Shown here piece after piece: positions 8,870 through 18,187 of a stretch of DNA of 35,938 nucleotides. The number at the start of each line of letters is the position of its first letter. Within the stretch, counting starts at the first letter, position 1. Where the stretch lies: NCBI GenBank assembly GCA_900320825.1, contig ONTX01000108.1:1-35938 (forward strand), given 5' to 3'. Source of the stretch: an uncultured Lachnospiraceae bacterium (GTDB taxonomy: Bacteria; Bacillota; Clostridia; Lachnospirales; Lachnospiraceae). The notes beneath the pieces were generated by a model that saw only the letters and a list, made by a program, of their open reading frames with translations, ran no database searches and was not told where the DNA came from. The position numbers and the translations under genes were made by a program.

Positions 8870-9796
8870 ATGAGTAAGAATTTTTCGGATCTGCTTGCAC
8901 AGGTTAAGAGCCTCGATAAGCAAAAACTTGCCGTTGCAGTCGCACAGGACGCTCCGGTACTTGAAGCTGTAAGAGAAGCACACAGAATGGGTATTGTTGA
9001 TGCCATTTTGGTAGGTGACGAGGAGAAGATCCGTGCTATCGGAAAAGATCTTGATATGAGACTTGATGAATACGAGATCGTTGATGTTAAGGATCCCATG
9101 GAAGCAGCTCTCAAGGCTGTAAGCTTCGTTCACGAAGGCAAGGCTGACATGTACATGAAGGGACTTGTTGATACCAAGACCTTCCTTAAGAGCGTTCTTG
9201 ACAAGGAAGTGGGACTTCGTACCGGAAAGCCTCTTTCCCATGTATGCGTATTCGAACTTCCCGGAATCGACAGACTTCTTTTCCTTACCGATGTAGCTTT
9301 CATGCCTTATCCCACTCTTGAGGACAAGGTTGCCATCATCGACTATACCGTAGAGGTTGCAAATGCATGCGGAGTTGAGATGCCCAAGGTAGCACCTCTT
9401 GCCGCAGTTGAGGTTGTAAATCCCAAGATGCCCGTAACCGTTGATGCGGACGAGCTTCGTAAGATGAACGAGGAAGGAAAGATTAAGGGCTGTATCGTAG
9501 ACGGACCTCTTTCACTTGATATCGCTCTTTATAAGGAAGCTGCAGAGGAGAAGAAAGCAACCGACAGACCCTGTGCCGCAAGTGCAGATATCCTTCTTTT
9601 CCCCGACATCCACGCAGGAAACCTTGTTTATAAGTCAATCGTTCACATGGTACCCGGCGTAAAGAACGGAAATATCCTTACCGGAACCAAGGCTCCCGTT
9701 ATCCTTACTTCAAGATCCGACACCAAAGAAGTTAAGGTTAACTCCATAGCTCTTGCAGCGGTTGTTTCAGACAAGATGAAGAAGATGAATAAATAA
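8870..9796 (+). CDS. ptb: Phosphate butyryltransferase
   Basis: SD AAGGAG before ATG 8870; MKGLVDT, DGPLSLD, PDIHAGN, ILTSRSD motifs; directly upstream of buk. Confidence 0.93.
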   Translation: MSKNFSDLLAQVKSLDKQKLAVAVAQDAPVLEAVREAHRMGIVDAILVGDEEKIRAIGKDLDMRLDEYEIVDVKDPMEAALKAVSFVHEGKADMYMKGLVDTKTFLKSVLDKEVGLRTGKPLSHVCVFELPGIDRLLFLTDVAFMPYPTLEDKVAIIDYTVEVANACGVEMPKVAPLAAVEVVNPKMPVTVDADELRKMNEEGKIKGCIVDGPLSLDIALYKEAAEEKKATDRPCAASADILLFPDIHAGNLVYKSIVHMVPGVKNGNILTGTKAPVILTSRSDTKEVKVNSIALAAVVSDKMKKMNK

Positions 9797-9810
9797 TAAG
9801 GAGAAAAAAC

Positions 9811-10881
9811 ATGGCACTTAAGAGTCTTATAATCAATCCCGGTTCCACATCAACCAAGGTCGGAATCTTCGAAGATGAGACCTGCGTAGTAGATGAAACT
9901 CTCCGTCATTCAACCGAAGAGATCTCACAGTATGATTCAATCATTGCACAGAAGGATTTCCGTAAGCAGATCATTCTGGATTTCCTTAAGAACAGCAATA
10001 TCGACGTTAACTCATTTGATTTCATTGTAGGAAGAGGCGGACTTTTAAAGCCCATTCCCGGCGGAACCTACGAAGTTACCGATGCGGTTGTTAAGGATCT
10101 TGAGATCGGCGTTCAGGGTCAGCATGCATCAAACCTCGGCGGAATCCTTGCCCGTGAGATCGCTGACCAGATCGGAAAGAAAGCATTCATCGTTGACCCC
10201 GTAGTTGTAGACGAGCTCAGTGATGTTGCAAGGATCTCAGGTATGCCCGAGTGCCCCAGAACTTCCATTTTCCATCCCCTTAACCAGAAGGCTGTAGCAA
10301 GACGCTATGCCAAGTCAATCGGCAAAAAGTATGAGGACTTAAGACTTGTTGTGGCTCACCTTGGAGGCGGTGTTTCCGTAGGTGCTCACGAGTACGGCAA
10401 GATCGTTGATGTATATTCCGCATTCGAAGGAGACGGCGCACTTTCACCCGAAAGATGCGGAGGTCTTCCCACCGGAAAACTCATCAGACTCTGCTATTCG
10501 GGAAAATATTCCGAGAAGGAGATGCTCAAGAAGGCTACCGGCCAGGGTGGTTTCAATGCATATCTTGGAACCAATGATGCAAGAGAAGTAATGAAGAGAA
10601 TGGATGAAGGCGATGAGCAGGCTAAGATCGTCATGGAAGCATTTATCTTCCAGGTATGTAAGGACATCGGAGCTGAATCCACCGTTCTTAAGGGAGATGT
10701 TGACCAGATCATCATCACCGGCGGTATCGCTTATAACGAGAGAGTTACCAAGGCCATGATCGAGAGAGTAGGAAAGATCGCTCCCGTAACCGTTTATCCC
10801 GGAGAGGATGAGCTTCTTGCTCTTGCACAGGGCGGACTCAGGGTTATGAACGGAGAAGAGCAGGCTAAGGTTTACGCCTGA
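9811..10881 (+). CDS. buk: Butyrate kinase
   Basis: INPGSTSTK, GRGGLL, HASNLG, DPVVVDE, HLGGGVSVGAH, PGEDE motifs. Confidence 0.96.
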   Translation: MALKSLIINPGSTSTKVGIFEDETCVVDETLRHSTEEISQYDSIIAQKDFRKQIILDFLKNSNIDVNSFDFIVGRGGLLKPIPGGTYEVTDAVVKDLEIGVQGQHASNLGGILAREIADQIGKKAFIVDPVVVDELSDVARISGMPECPRTSIFHPLNQKAVARRYAKSIGKKYEDLRLVVAHLGGGVSVGAHEYGKIVDVYSAFEGDGALSPERCGGLPTGKLIRLCYSGKYSEKEMLKKATGQGGFNAYLGTNDAREVMKRMDEGDEQAKIVMEAFIFQVCKDIGAESTVLKGDVDQIIITGGIAYNERVTKAMIERVGKIAPVTVYPGEDELLALAQGGLRVMNGEEQAKVYA

Positions 10882-10922
10882 TCTGAAGATCCGGTTTCTT
10901 TAAATAACCAAATATGACCAGG

Positions 10923-10952
10923 AAAAAAGGACTGCCTCGCGGCAGTCCTTTT
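10923..10952. terminator. Bidirectional intrinsic terminator
   Basis: AAAAGGACTGCC-TCGC-GGCAGTCCTTTT between convergent genes. Confidence 0.9.
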
Positions 10953-10970
10953 GTTATTACAGGTAATCAC

Positions 10971-12926
10971 TTACAGGTAATCTCTTCCAAGAAGATCTTC
11001 GTATGAAATAAATACATCAATGAATCCTGAAGCATAAGGTCCCATGTCGTAAGGAGGATAGTAATAGTAGATTCCGTCCTGCGTAAACTCAATGCATCCG
11101 CTGTCAAGGCTTGCGTATTCATATGCATCTTTATATACGGTTTCCTCATCCTGGGCAAAATAGGGATTTGAGTAATAATCGTAGCTTAAGTAATCTTCTT
11201 TGGTCTTTTCCGCGATGAGCTTTTTGAAATCCTTCTCTTTTCCGGTATAGAAATCTTTTATGGTCACGATCTCTCCGGTATTAAGATCAAAGAGGTACTG
11301 GTTTCTTGAAGGATAACCGTGAGCGCCGCCTGCGTACCAGTATCCGCTCATATTTACGGCAAGGAAATCATCGCTTATTATGCTTACCTTGCTAACGGTA
11401 ACGTCATCTGTTGTAAGATACCAGTCGGGGTGTTCCTGATGTTCTTTGCATTCCTCTTCGGTAAACTCTGCTTCATCAGAGGTGGTTGCGTTCAAAATGG
11501 CGGTATTTTCCAATACTTCGTTTATATCCTCGGCATATTCGGACAATGAATCGTCAAGGATGAAATATTCGCAATAGTTTTCTTCAATAGGGCTTTCGCA
11601 AAGATTGCAGGTTGAAGTATTTGATATATAGTCCACGGTTCCGTAATCAAAAATGTCAACGCTGCCTATGGCATACAGTTCTTCCGGCTCCGAAAATCTT
11701 TTTGTATCCACTGTAAACCATTTGATGAAAGAACTGTCGAATTTGGCATAGCATACGCAGGAATCGCCTATTGCAAATCCTTCGGTTCCGGGGGTTACGC
11801 CGGATCCGGGCACATAAGTTTCGTCGTATAAAAGAACGCTTTCATCTTCATCGGAATCATATCTGTAAATATAATTATGAGCTATTCCGTATTCTTCGAT
11901 GTCGTTTAATGAATAGTAAAATTCATTCTCTCTCTGGCCGAGAAATGTCACGGACTTTGCTTCTCCGGAAACAGGTTTTGATGATCCGGATTTTACATCG
12001 TAAATACAAACGGTTCCGTTTACGTAGCTGTCGTCATACTGAATGTAGATCATGCTTGTTTTGTTGTATGCATAGACATAGACGTTTTTGAGATTGGGAA
12101 GCTTGGTGATATTTCCCTTTTTATCAACCGTTACATAGTCACTTTCCTTGTTTCCAAGGACGAAACCGCACTCTTCATAAGCCTGGGTGAGGCTTGAAGC
12201 GTCATATTCGGGGCCGCCGGCACTTCCTCTGAGGGAGATGCCTTCCTCGTGTGCGGTGTCTAAGATTCCTGAGATCTTAAGCTTTTTTTCTTCGAATGAG
12301 TCTGTTTTTTCGTCATATCCCAGGCAGATTTCCGTATAACCAAGGGTGTTTCCTTCGTCGTCATATCCCAGGAAATAGTCTATGTAGATTTTGCCGTCGT
12401 AGTAATCGCAGCACTGGATAAAGCTTTCGCTGTTTCCCTTCCACACGTCGTAAATATTACCGTTATCAATGTTTAAAGCGTAAACAAAATACGTGTTTTC
12501 ATCATCAACAGTTCGCGAACCGCTGAAAAACAGGAAACCGTCACCGTAGCATTCGAGTTTGGAGCAGCTGTGATCAGGTTTGCCGTAAATCTCATAGATT
12601 TCTTTTTCATCGGAAGACAGATCATCATAAAGGCTCTTTCTGTCATACATCTTCACTTCGTTTTTTGCGATATCATAGATGCCGATGTTATCCGCATAGG
12701 CGTTTCTGGTAAGGAGGATCTGCCCGGATGTTTCTTCCGAAGGCTCGTTTGCAGGGGCTTCATCTTCATCATCCTTATCCTTGTCATCCTCAGGCTTTTC
12801 GGTTTCTTCCCGGCTTTCTTCGGGCTTTTCCGCGGTCTGCTTTTCGCATCCCGAGAGCATAAATGATGCTGTCAGAAGGCAGAGGAAAGCTGTTTTGATC
12901 AGGTACTTTTTTCTCATTTTTTCCAC
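10971..12926 (-). CDS. Acidic lipoprotein with C-terminal DUF3298/RsiV-like domain
   Basis: Basic N-terminus, hydrophobic stretch, lipobox LSGC; acidic linker; C-terminal YAGGAHG, FDLNTGE, YYYPPYDMGPYASG. Confidence 0.75.
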   Translation of the reverse strand: MEKMRKKYLIKTAFLCLLTASFMLSGCEKQTAEKPEESREETEKPEDDKDKDDEDEAPANEPSEETSGQILLTRNAYADNIGIYDIAKNEVKMYDRKSLYDDLSSDEKEIYEIYGKPDHSCSKLECYGDGFLFFSGSRTVDDENTYFVYALNIDNGNIYDVWKGNSESFIQCCDYYDGKIYIDYFLGYDDEGNTLGYTEICLGYDEKTDSFEEKKLKISGILDTAHEEGISLRGSAGGPEYDASSLTQAYEECGFVLGNKESDYVTVDKKGNITKLPNLKNVYVYAYNKTSMIYIQYDDSYVNGTVCIYDVKSGSSKPVSGEAKSVTFLGQRENEFYYSLNDIEEYGIAHNYIYRYDSDEDESVLLYDETYVPGSGVTPGTEGFAIGDSCVCYAKFDSSFIKWFTVDTKRFSEPEELYAIGSVDIFDYGTVDYISNTSTCNLCESPIEENYCEYFILDDSLSEYAEDINEVLENTAILNATTSDEAEFTEEECKEHQEHPDWYLTTDDVTVSKVSIISDDFLAVNMSGYWYAGGAHGYPSRNQYLFDLNTGEIVTIKDFYTGKEKDFKKLIAEKTKEDYLSYDYYSNPYFAQDEETVYKDAYEYASLDSGCIEFTQDGIYYYYPPYDMGPYASGFIDVFISYEDLLGRDYL

Positions 12927-12971
12927 CTCACAAAATTACTGAGCCGGCTATCGGCTTTTGCGTGTTTATTA

Positions 12972-14072
12972 TTACTGGAATATCCAGTTGTAATACGGAA
13001 GTATCCTTATGTCGGTCTGGTATGCACTCTTCAAAAAGAGTGCGAAAAATGCGGCAAAAGCAAGGGCGATGAGAATGCTCCATATGGCCTTTGCTTTTTT
13101 GTTTTCGATCCTGAGCAGAAGGGAAGGAATGTAGAAGACGTTGGTTATGCTCAGGTAAAAACCGATCCTTGATATCTCGGGCATGAATGAACAGAAGGTG
13201 TATAAAAGCAGGGCAAAAAGGTTGCAGTAGAATCCGAATCTGAGTTTTGCATCATCCCTGACTTTTTTGATGTATATAAGGGAAAAGAGAAATATGGCCA
13301 GTGCCCTGCCGATGCTTGTGATGCTGGTGAGTCCCTTGTCGAACATTGATCCTTCGTAGAAGGGGTAGAACAGGAAGATGACCTTCCGATAGAGTCCGGG
13401 GACGGCGATAAAGGATCCGCAGGCAAGTGCCATGGCCATATGTCCGAATACGTTCCATTTGACAGCTGCAAGGATATATAAAGGAATAACGATGAGTACG
13501 GATTTGTGGAACAGTGATGCAAGGATTATCAGAGAGGTGAATTTAACATAGTCTTTTTCGTGGATGTATTTTATGGAATACATTGCAATGGAAAGTGCAA
13601 GATAATATCTGACATTGTTAAGGCTGCCGAAATAGTATCCGGCGGTCATGAAAATATATACGGAAAAAACAAACCATTCACCCTGTTCGTGGAGGGCTTT
13701 TACCATAAAAAATGTGGTGACGATGGAGAAAAAGGCGAAAATTGGAAGGTAGTTATCATAGCTTAAAAACCACTGGAGGAATTTCACGACGTAAGTGAAT
13801 CCGGGTTCGTAGCTTACATATCTGTCCTGGGCTATGAGTTTAAAATTATCCCTGTAGACCCAGTAGTCATTTCCCACAGCAATCCTGCAGAGAGAAACTC
13901 CCGCAAGGAGAATGAAGATCTCTGCCGAGCAGAGTATGTTCCTTGCTTCTTTTCTGGAAAGATAGGGTGAAAATCTGCGCAGGGGAACAACACCCGCCTG
14001 ATCGGTCCCGTGAGCGATGACCGTAACGAGAAGTGTAAGAGCGATATACAAAAAGAGTCCGTAAGTGATCAT
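12972..14072 (-). CDS. EpsG-family polytopic membrane protein (Wzy-like polymerase)
   Basis: Many TM helices; R..VGNDY..Y, EPGF, N.VRY.LA, FHKS motifs, C-terminal PY. Confidence 0.8.
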   Translation of the reverse strand: MITYGLFLYIALTLLVTVIAHGTDQAGVVPLRRFSPYLSRKEARNILCSAEIFILLAGVSLCRIAVGNDYWVYRDNFKLIAQDRYVSYEPGFTYVVKFLQWFLSYDNYLPIFAFFSIVTTFFMVKALHEQGEWFVFSVYIFMTAGYYFGSLNNVRYYLALSIAMYSIKYIHEKDYVKFTSLIILASLFHKSVLIVIPLYILAAVKWNVFGHMAMALACGSFIAVPGLYRKVIFLFYPFYEGSMFDKGLTSITSIGRALAIFLFSLIYIKKVRDDAKLRFGFYCNLFALLLYTFCSFMPEISRIGFYLSITNVFYIPSLLLRIENKKAKAIWSILIALAFAAFFALFLKSAYQTDIRILPYYNWIFQ

Positions 14073-15136
14073 TTCTTCTTTTTATTATCTTTCTTTCCGT
14101 CTTTTGTATATCCGGATCTCTTTCCGAAATAATATGCCTTTATGAGAAGGTCATCCTGATCGGTCAGGATCGCACAGATAGGTTCCTTGTCAAAGCGGCT
14201 GAGGAGGGAAAGGCCTCTCTGGTCAGCTTTGATATCAAGAAGTGAGCTGAAGACATATACTACAGGCAGTTCATTTGCTTTTACAGCGTCATGAAGTTCT
14301 TTTGACTCTGTGTCAATAAGGTTTATGGGCTTGTCTGAAACCCCGGTTCCAAGGGTTTTGAGCTTTTTAATGATTTCCGATTCCTTTTCGGCGGGGAGGG
14401 TTGATGCGATGACAAAACCATCATCTCCCGCAAGGTCACTTAAGGAGTTTGCCAGACATTCGGAATCAAGAGTTCCTGCAAAAGGAGTGTGGTATCTTTT
14501 CTCTATGGTCTCGGGAAGAAGGATCCTGTCATCAGATATAATGATATAAGAAATGATGAAGGATGATGCAATGAGTCCCAGGATGGCACCGAGCACCAAA
14601 GCTCTTATTGACCTTGTGTCAAAAGTGATTCTTTCAGGATAATAGGCCCTTCCGATGACTCTGGTTCCTGTTATCTCGGGAAGACTTTCCACAAATGAAA
14701 CACCTCCTTCGAGAGATGCATCGGCGATCCTTAATGCAAGTTCGGGATCGGTATTTTTGATCTGGAACGTCAGGATCTTCATGTCGGATTTTAAAGTTGC
14801 GGAGAAGGATTCTTTTACCGTATCGAAATCAAGACCGGGGTCTGAATTTACGATCGCTTCAATAAATTCACTGTCCTGAGACATCTGTTCCCAGGCATAC
14901 TCATTGTAAAAGATCATCAGGTTTGCATCCGCTTCCGGAATGTAATCAAGATGGATATCACATTCGGTCATATAGTACACGGGAGTAAGAGCCCTGTATC
15001 CCACGTGGCAGGCACATATAAGTATGGCACCTGCTATCACCGATATGATGATCACGTGGATCTTTCTGATAAACCTCAGCAAAAAGAGTCTGCCGTTTAC
15101 CGGTTCATCACCGTATCTCATAGCCCATAATTTCAT
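14069..15136 (-). CDS. Polysaccharide co-polymerase (Wzz/CpsC-like) with degenerate kinase-like C-terminal domain
   Basis: Two TM helices flanking an external loop with IKNTDPELALRIA; post-TM DDRI...IEKRY..P..G. Confidence 0.65.
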   Translation of the reverse strand: MKLWAMRYGDEPVNGRLFLLRFIRKIHVIIISVIAGAILICACHVGYRALTPVYYMTECDIHLDYIPEADANLMIFYNEYAWEQMSQDSEFIEAIVNSDPGLDFDTVKESFSATLKSDMKILTFQIKNTDPELALRIADASLEGGVSFVESLPEITGTRVIGRAYYPERITFDTRSIRALVLGAILGLIASSFIISYIIISDDRILLPETIEKRYHTPFAGTLDSECLANSLSDLAGDDGFVIASTLPAEKESEIIKKLKTLGTGVSDKPINLIDTESKELHDAVKANELPVVYVFSSLLDIKADQRGLSLLSRFDKEPICAILTDQDDLLIKAYYFGKRSGYTKDGKKDNKKKK

Positions 15137-15150
15137 TTCTTTATCCTCGT

Positions 15151-15801
15151 TTATAATCTGCCTAACACATTTATCAGTTCATCAAGAGAACTTATCGTGG
15201 CAAAAATCCTGTCTGAAACGGAAGGTTCCTCTGCTGTCTGGTCCGGCACAAATACAACCCTTAACCCGGCATCGTAAGCTGAGATGATTCCGTTTGGTGC
15301 ATCCTCAACTGCGATGCATTCATCTGCGGGAAGGCCTAATTCCTTAAGGGCGTTCAGATAAACATCCGGAGCCGGCTTTCCGTATTTACAGTCGGCGGCG
15401 GAGCATATTTTGTCGAACTCATCCTTAAGTCCCACCGTAGTCAGATAGGATGTGGTTCTTTCCATATCCGTTGCGGTGGCGATGGCTCTTAAAATGTTTT
15501 TTTCCTTAAGCATTTTAAGGGCGTTTAGGGCACCTTTTTTCGGATGGATCCCTTCTTTTTTTACCAGTTCGCTATACAGCTGCTTTCTGTACTGTCTTAC
15601 TTTGTCATAGTCGAATCCGTCACCGAACCATTCACGAAACCTGTCGTATGCAAAGGGGCGCCCGAGACTTCTCATCTGAAGGTACATTTCTTCGGTTACG
15701 TGAAAGCCAAAATGAGCGCATGCTTCGGGCCAGCAAATGCGGTAATATTTTTCCGTATCGAGTATTGTTCCGTCAAGGTCGAATATGACTGCTTTTATCA
15801 T
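15151..15801 (-). CDS. HAD-superfamily phosphatase (beta-phosphoglucomutase-like, subfamily IA)
   Basis: FDLDGT, ATAT, KPAPD, VEDAPNG motifs. Confidence 0.9.
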   Translation of the reverse strand: MIKAVIFDLDGTILDTEKYYRICWPEACAHFGFHVTEEMYLQMRSLGRPFAYDRFREWFGDGFDYDKVRQYRKQLYSELVKKEGIHPKKGALNALKMLKEKNILRAIATATDMERTTSYLTTVGLKDEFDKICSAADCKYGKPAPDVYLNALKELGLPADECIAVEDAPNGIISAYDAGLRVVFVPDQTAEEPSVSDRIFATISSLDELINVLGRL

Positions 15802-15807
15802 AACGGT

Positions 15808-15837
15808 TTGAAAAAAAACGCTTTTTTATGTTAAAAT
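15808..15837 (+). promoter_or_regulatory. Putative sigma-A promoter for plsC
   Basis: TTGAAA (15808-15813), 18 nt, TG-T-TAAAAT (15829-15837). Confidence 0.5.
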
Positions 15838-15850
15838 CAATTCGGTTTTT

Positions 15851-15879
15851 ATTTTAATATTTACGCAATTTATCGTCAA
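15851..15879 (-). promoter_or_regulatory. Putative sigma-A promoter for the HAD-wzz-epsG unit
   Basis: Minus-strand TTGACG (15879-15874), 17 nt, TAAAAT (15856-15851). Confidence 0.6.
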
Positions 15880-15917
15880 CTTTACGGCGAAAGAGAGCGG
15901 AAAAAGGGAAGCCTTAA

Positions 15918-16667
15918 ATGCTCAGATTTTACCTGACTATCCTGGTGTCGATGCCATGGATAATCTATTTCATAATCAAAAGAAAGTACATAATGAAGAA
16001 CAAGGATGCATATCCCATGGAAGAAAGATATGCATTCGTCAAGAGAATGATCGTCCAGTGCATGAGAAACGGAAGGATAAGGACCAAGGCCTACGGGCTT
16101 GAGAACCTTCCGAAAGAGGGCGGTTATGTAATGTTTCCCAATCATCAGGGCAAGTTTGACACACTGGGGATCATGTATTCCCACGAAAAGGTCTGCACCG
16201 TGGTAATGGATGAGATCAGGTCCAAGATGCCCCTTGCGGATGAACTGGTTGATCTGCTGGAAGGATGCAGGCTGAACAAGTCCGATATGCGCTCACAGGT
16301 AAAGAGCATCAAGACCGTTGCCGAGGAGGTTAAGAGCGGACGCATTTATATCATTTTTCCCGAAGGTGGATATTATCACAACAGGAATGTGGTTCAGGAT
16401 TTTCTTCCCGGAGCGTTCAAGGCGGCCATGATGGCCAAAAGTCCCATCGTTCCCGTGGCACTTGTTGATTCCTACAGAGCCTTCGGAGTCAATTCACTCA
16501 GAAAGATCACGACCCAGGTCCATTACCTTAAGCCTTTGTATTATGAGGATTACAAGGATATGAAATCCAAGGAGATATCCGATCATGTCAGACTTGAGAT
16601 CATGAAAAAGATCAACGAAACCATGGAAGCAAAAGGAAAAAAAGCTCCGAACAAAATACCGGAATAA
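15918..16667 (+). CDS. plsC: 1-acyl-sn-glycerol-3-phosphate acyltransferase
   Basis: NHQGKFD (HX4D), IFPEG, PIVPV motifs. Confidence 0.85.
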   Translation: MLRFYLTILVSMPWIIYFIIKRKYIMKNKDAYPMEERYAFVKRMIVQCMRNGRIRTKAYGLENLPKEGGYVMFPNHQGKFDTLGIMYSHEKVCTVVMDEIRSKMPLADELVDLLEGCRLNKSDMRSQVKSIKTVAEEVKSGRIYIIFPEGGYYHNRNVVQDFLPGAFKAAMMAKSPIVPVALVDSYRAFGVNSLRKITTQVHYLKPLYYEDYKDMKSKEISDHVRLEIMKKINETMEAKGKKAPNKIPE

Positions 16668-16673
16668 TGATAA

Positions 16674-16710
16674 ATCCCCTGCCATATCAAATGGCAGGGG
16701 ATGTTTTTTT
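16674..16710. terminator. Intrinsic terminator between convergent plsC and uxaC
   Basis: ATCCCCTGCCAT-ATCAA-ATGGCAGGGGAT then T7. Confidence 0.88.
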
Positions 16711-16732
16711 CTAAATCAGTTTAAGATGCGCA

Positions 16733-18160
16733 TCAGCTGTTTTGTTTGTCTTCAAGTGGAAAACCGAAATACCTGACTGCGTTGTAGTAGGATATGTTTT
16801 CGACTATCTCTCCCAGAGTCTTATAATCCTCGGGATATTCGCCTTTTTCAACCCATTCGCCTAAAATGTTGCAGAGTATTCTTCTAAAATACTCATGACG
16901 GGTATAGCTTAAAAAGGATCTTGAATCCGTGAGCATTCCCACAAATCCCGAGAGATTTCCAAGGCTTGCAAGGGATTTTATCTGGTCCGTCATTCCTTTT
17001 ATGTGATCGTTGAACCACCATGCGGATCCGTGCTGGATCTTTGCAACTGCATCGGAATCCTGGAAACATCCGATCACGGTTCCTATGTACTCGTTATCCG
17101 CAGGATTGAGGGAGTAAAGGATCGTTCTGGGAAGGCTTTTCTTTGATTCCAGAAGGTTCAAAAAATCGGCACACTGGCTTGAAGGTGCATAGTTGTTGAT
17201 GCAGTCATAACCGGTGTCGGGACCGAGTTTTTCGAACATACGGGTATTGTTGTCTCTTTTACAGCCGTAGTGAAGCTGCATGGTCCAGTTAAGCCTTACA
17301 TATTCACCCGCCACAAATGCCATGAAAGCGGTCTTGAACCTGTATTCGTCGTCTTTTGAGGGGATGTTTCCTTCCAGTCTTTTCCGGAAGATTTCCGAGA
17401 TCTCTTCATCGGTTGCGGGGGCATACATTACGAACTCCAGAGCGTGGTCTGAAACAAGGCAGCCCTGCTCATTAAAGAATTCCATCCTTGTCTTAAGGGC
17501 GTTTTTAAGTTCATCCCAGCTTTTTATTTCTCCACAGCCGGCAGCATCCGAGAGTTTCTTAAGATAATCCGTGTAATCCGGCTTTTCAAGGTTCATTGCC
17601 TTGTCGGGGCGCCATGCGGGAAGGACTTTTACGTCAAAAGAAGAATCCTCCCTGATCGCCTTGTGGTATGCAAGGTCATCCACGGGATCATCAGTGGTGC
17701 AGATAAGGGTAACACCGCTTTTTTTGATGATATTCCTTACACTCATGGAAGGATCCGCCAGCTTTTTATTGCAAAGCTCCCACACTTCCTCGGCTGTGTC
17801 TGCGTTAAGATATCCGTGATAGTCAAAATACCTCTGAAGTTCGAGATGACTCCAGTGGTAGAGAGGATTTCCAACTGCCTTTCCGAGGCACTCGGCCCAC
17901 TTAATGAACTTGTCGTGGTCTGAAGCATCGCCTGTGCAGTATTTTTCGGGGACACCGCAGCTTCTCATAAAACGCCACTTATAATGGTCTCCTCCGAGCC
18001 ATACCTGTGCGATATTGTCGAACTGTCTGTCCTCTGCGATCTCTTTGGGTGATATGTGGCAGTGATAATCGAGGATGGGAGTTTTCTCTGCGTGCTCATG
18101 ATAAAGCTTTGATGCGGGTTCAGAGAAAAGCAAGAATTCCTCGTCCATGAATTTTCTCAT
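16733..18160 (-). CDS. uxaC: Uronate isomerase
   Basis: DYHCH, GDHYKWR, GNPLYHW, CTTDDP, AWWFND, MLTDSRSFLSY.RHEYFRR. Confidence 0.97.
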   Translation of the reverse strand: MRKFMDEEFLLFSEPASKLYHEHAEKTPILDYHCHISPKEIAEDRQFDNIAQVWLGGDHYKWRFMRSCGVPEKYCTGDASDHDKFIKWAECLGKAVGNPLYHWSHLELQRYFDYHGYLNADTAEEVWELCNKKLADPSMSVRNIIKKSGVTLICTTDDPVDDLAYHKAIREDSSFDVKVLPAWRPDKAMNLEKPDYTDYLKKLSDAAGCGEIKSWDELKNALKTRMEFFNEQGCLVSDHALEFVMYAPATDEEISEIFRKRLEGNIPSKDDEYRFKTAFMAFVAGEYVRLNWTMQLHYGCKRDNNTRMFEKLGPDTGYDCINNYAPSSQCADFLNLLESKKSLPRTILYSLNPADNEYIGTVIGCFQDSDAVAKIQHGSAWWFNDHIKGMTDQIKSLASLGNLSGFVGMLTDSRSFLSYTRHEYFRRILCNILGEWVEKGEYPEDYKTLGEIVENISYYNAVRYFGFPLEDKQNS

Positions 18161-18187
18161 TTCGGTTCTCCTGTTTTTGTGTGTCTA

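Noticed and set aside
11590-11615. CNLC in the lipoprotein as a c-type heme site
   Set aside because: Followed by Glu, not His; not CxxCH.
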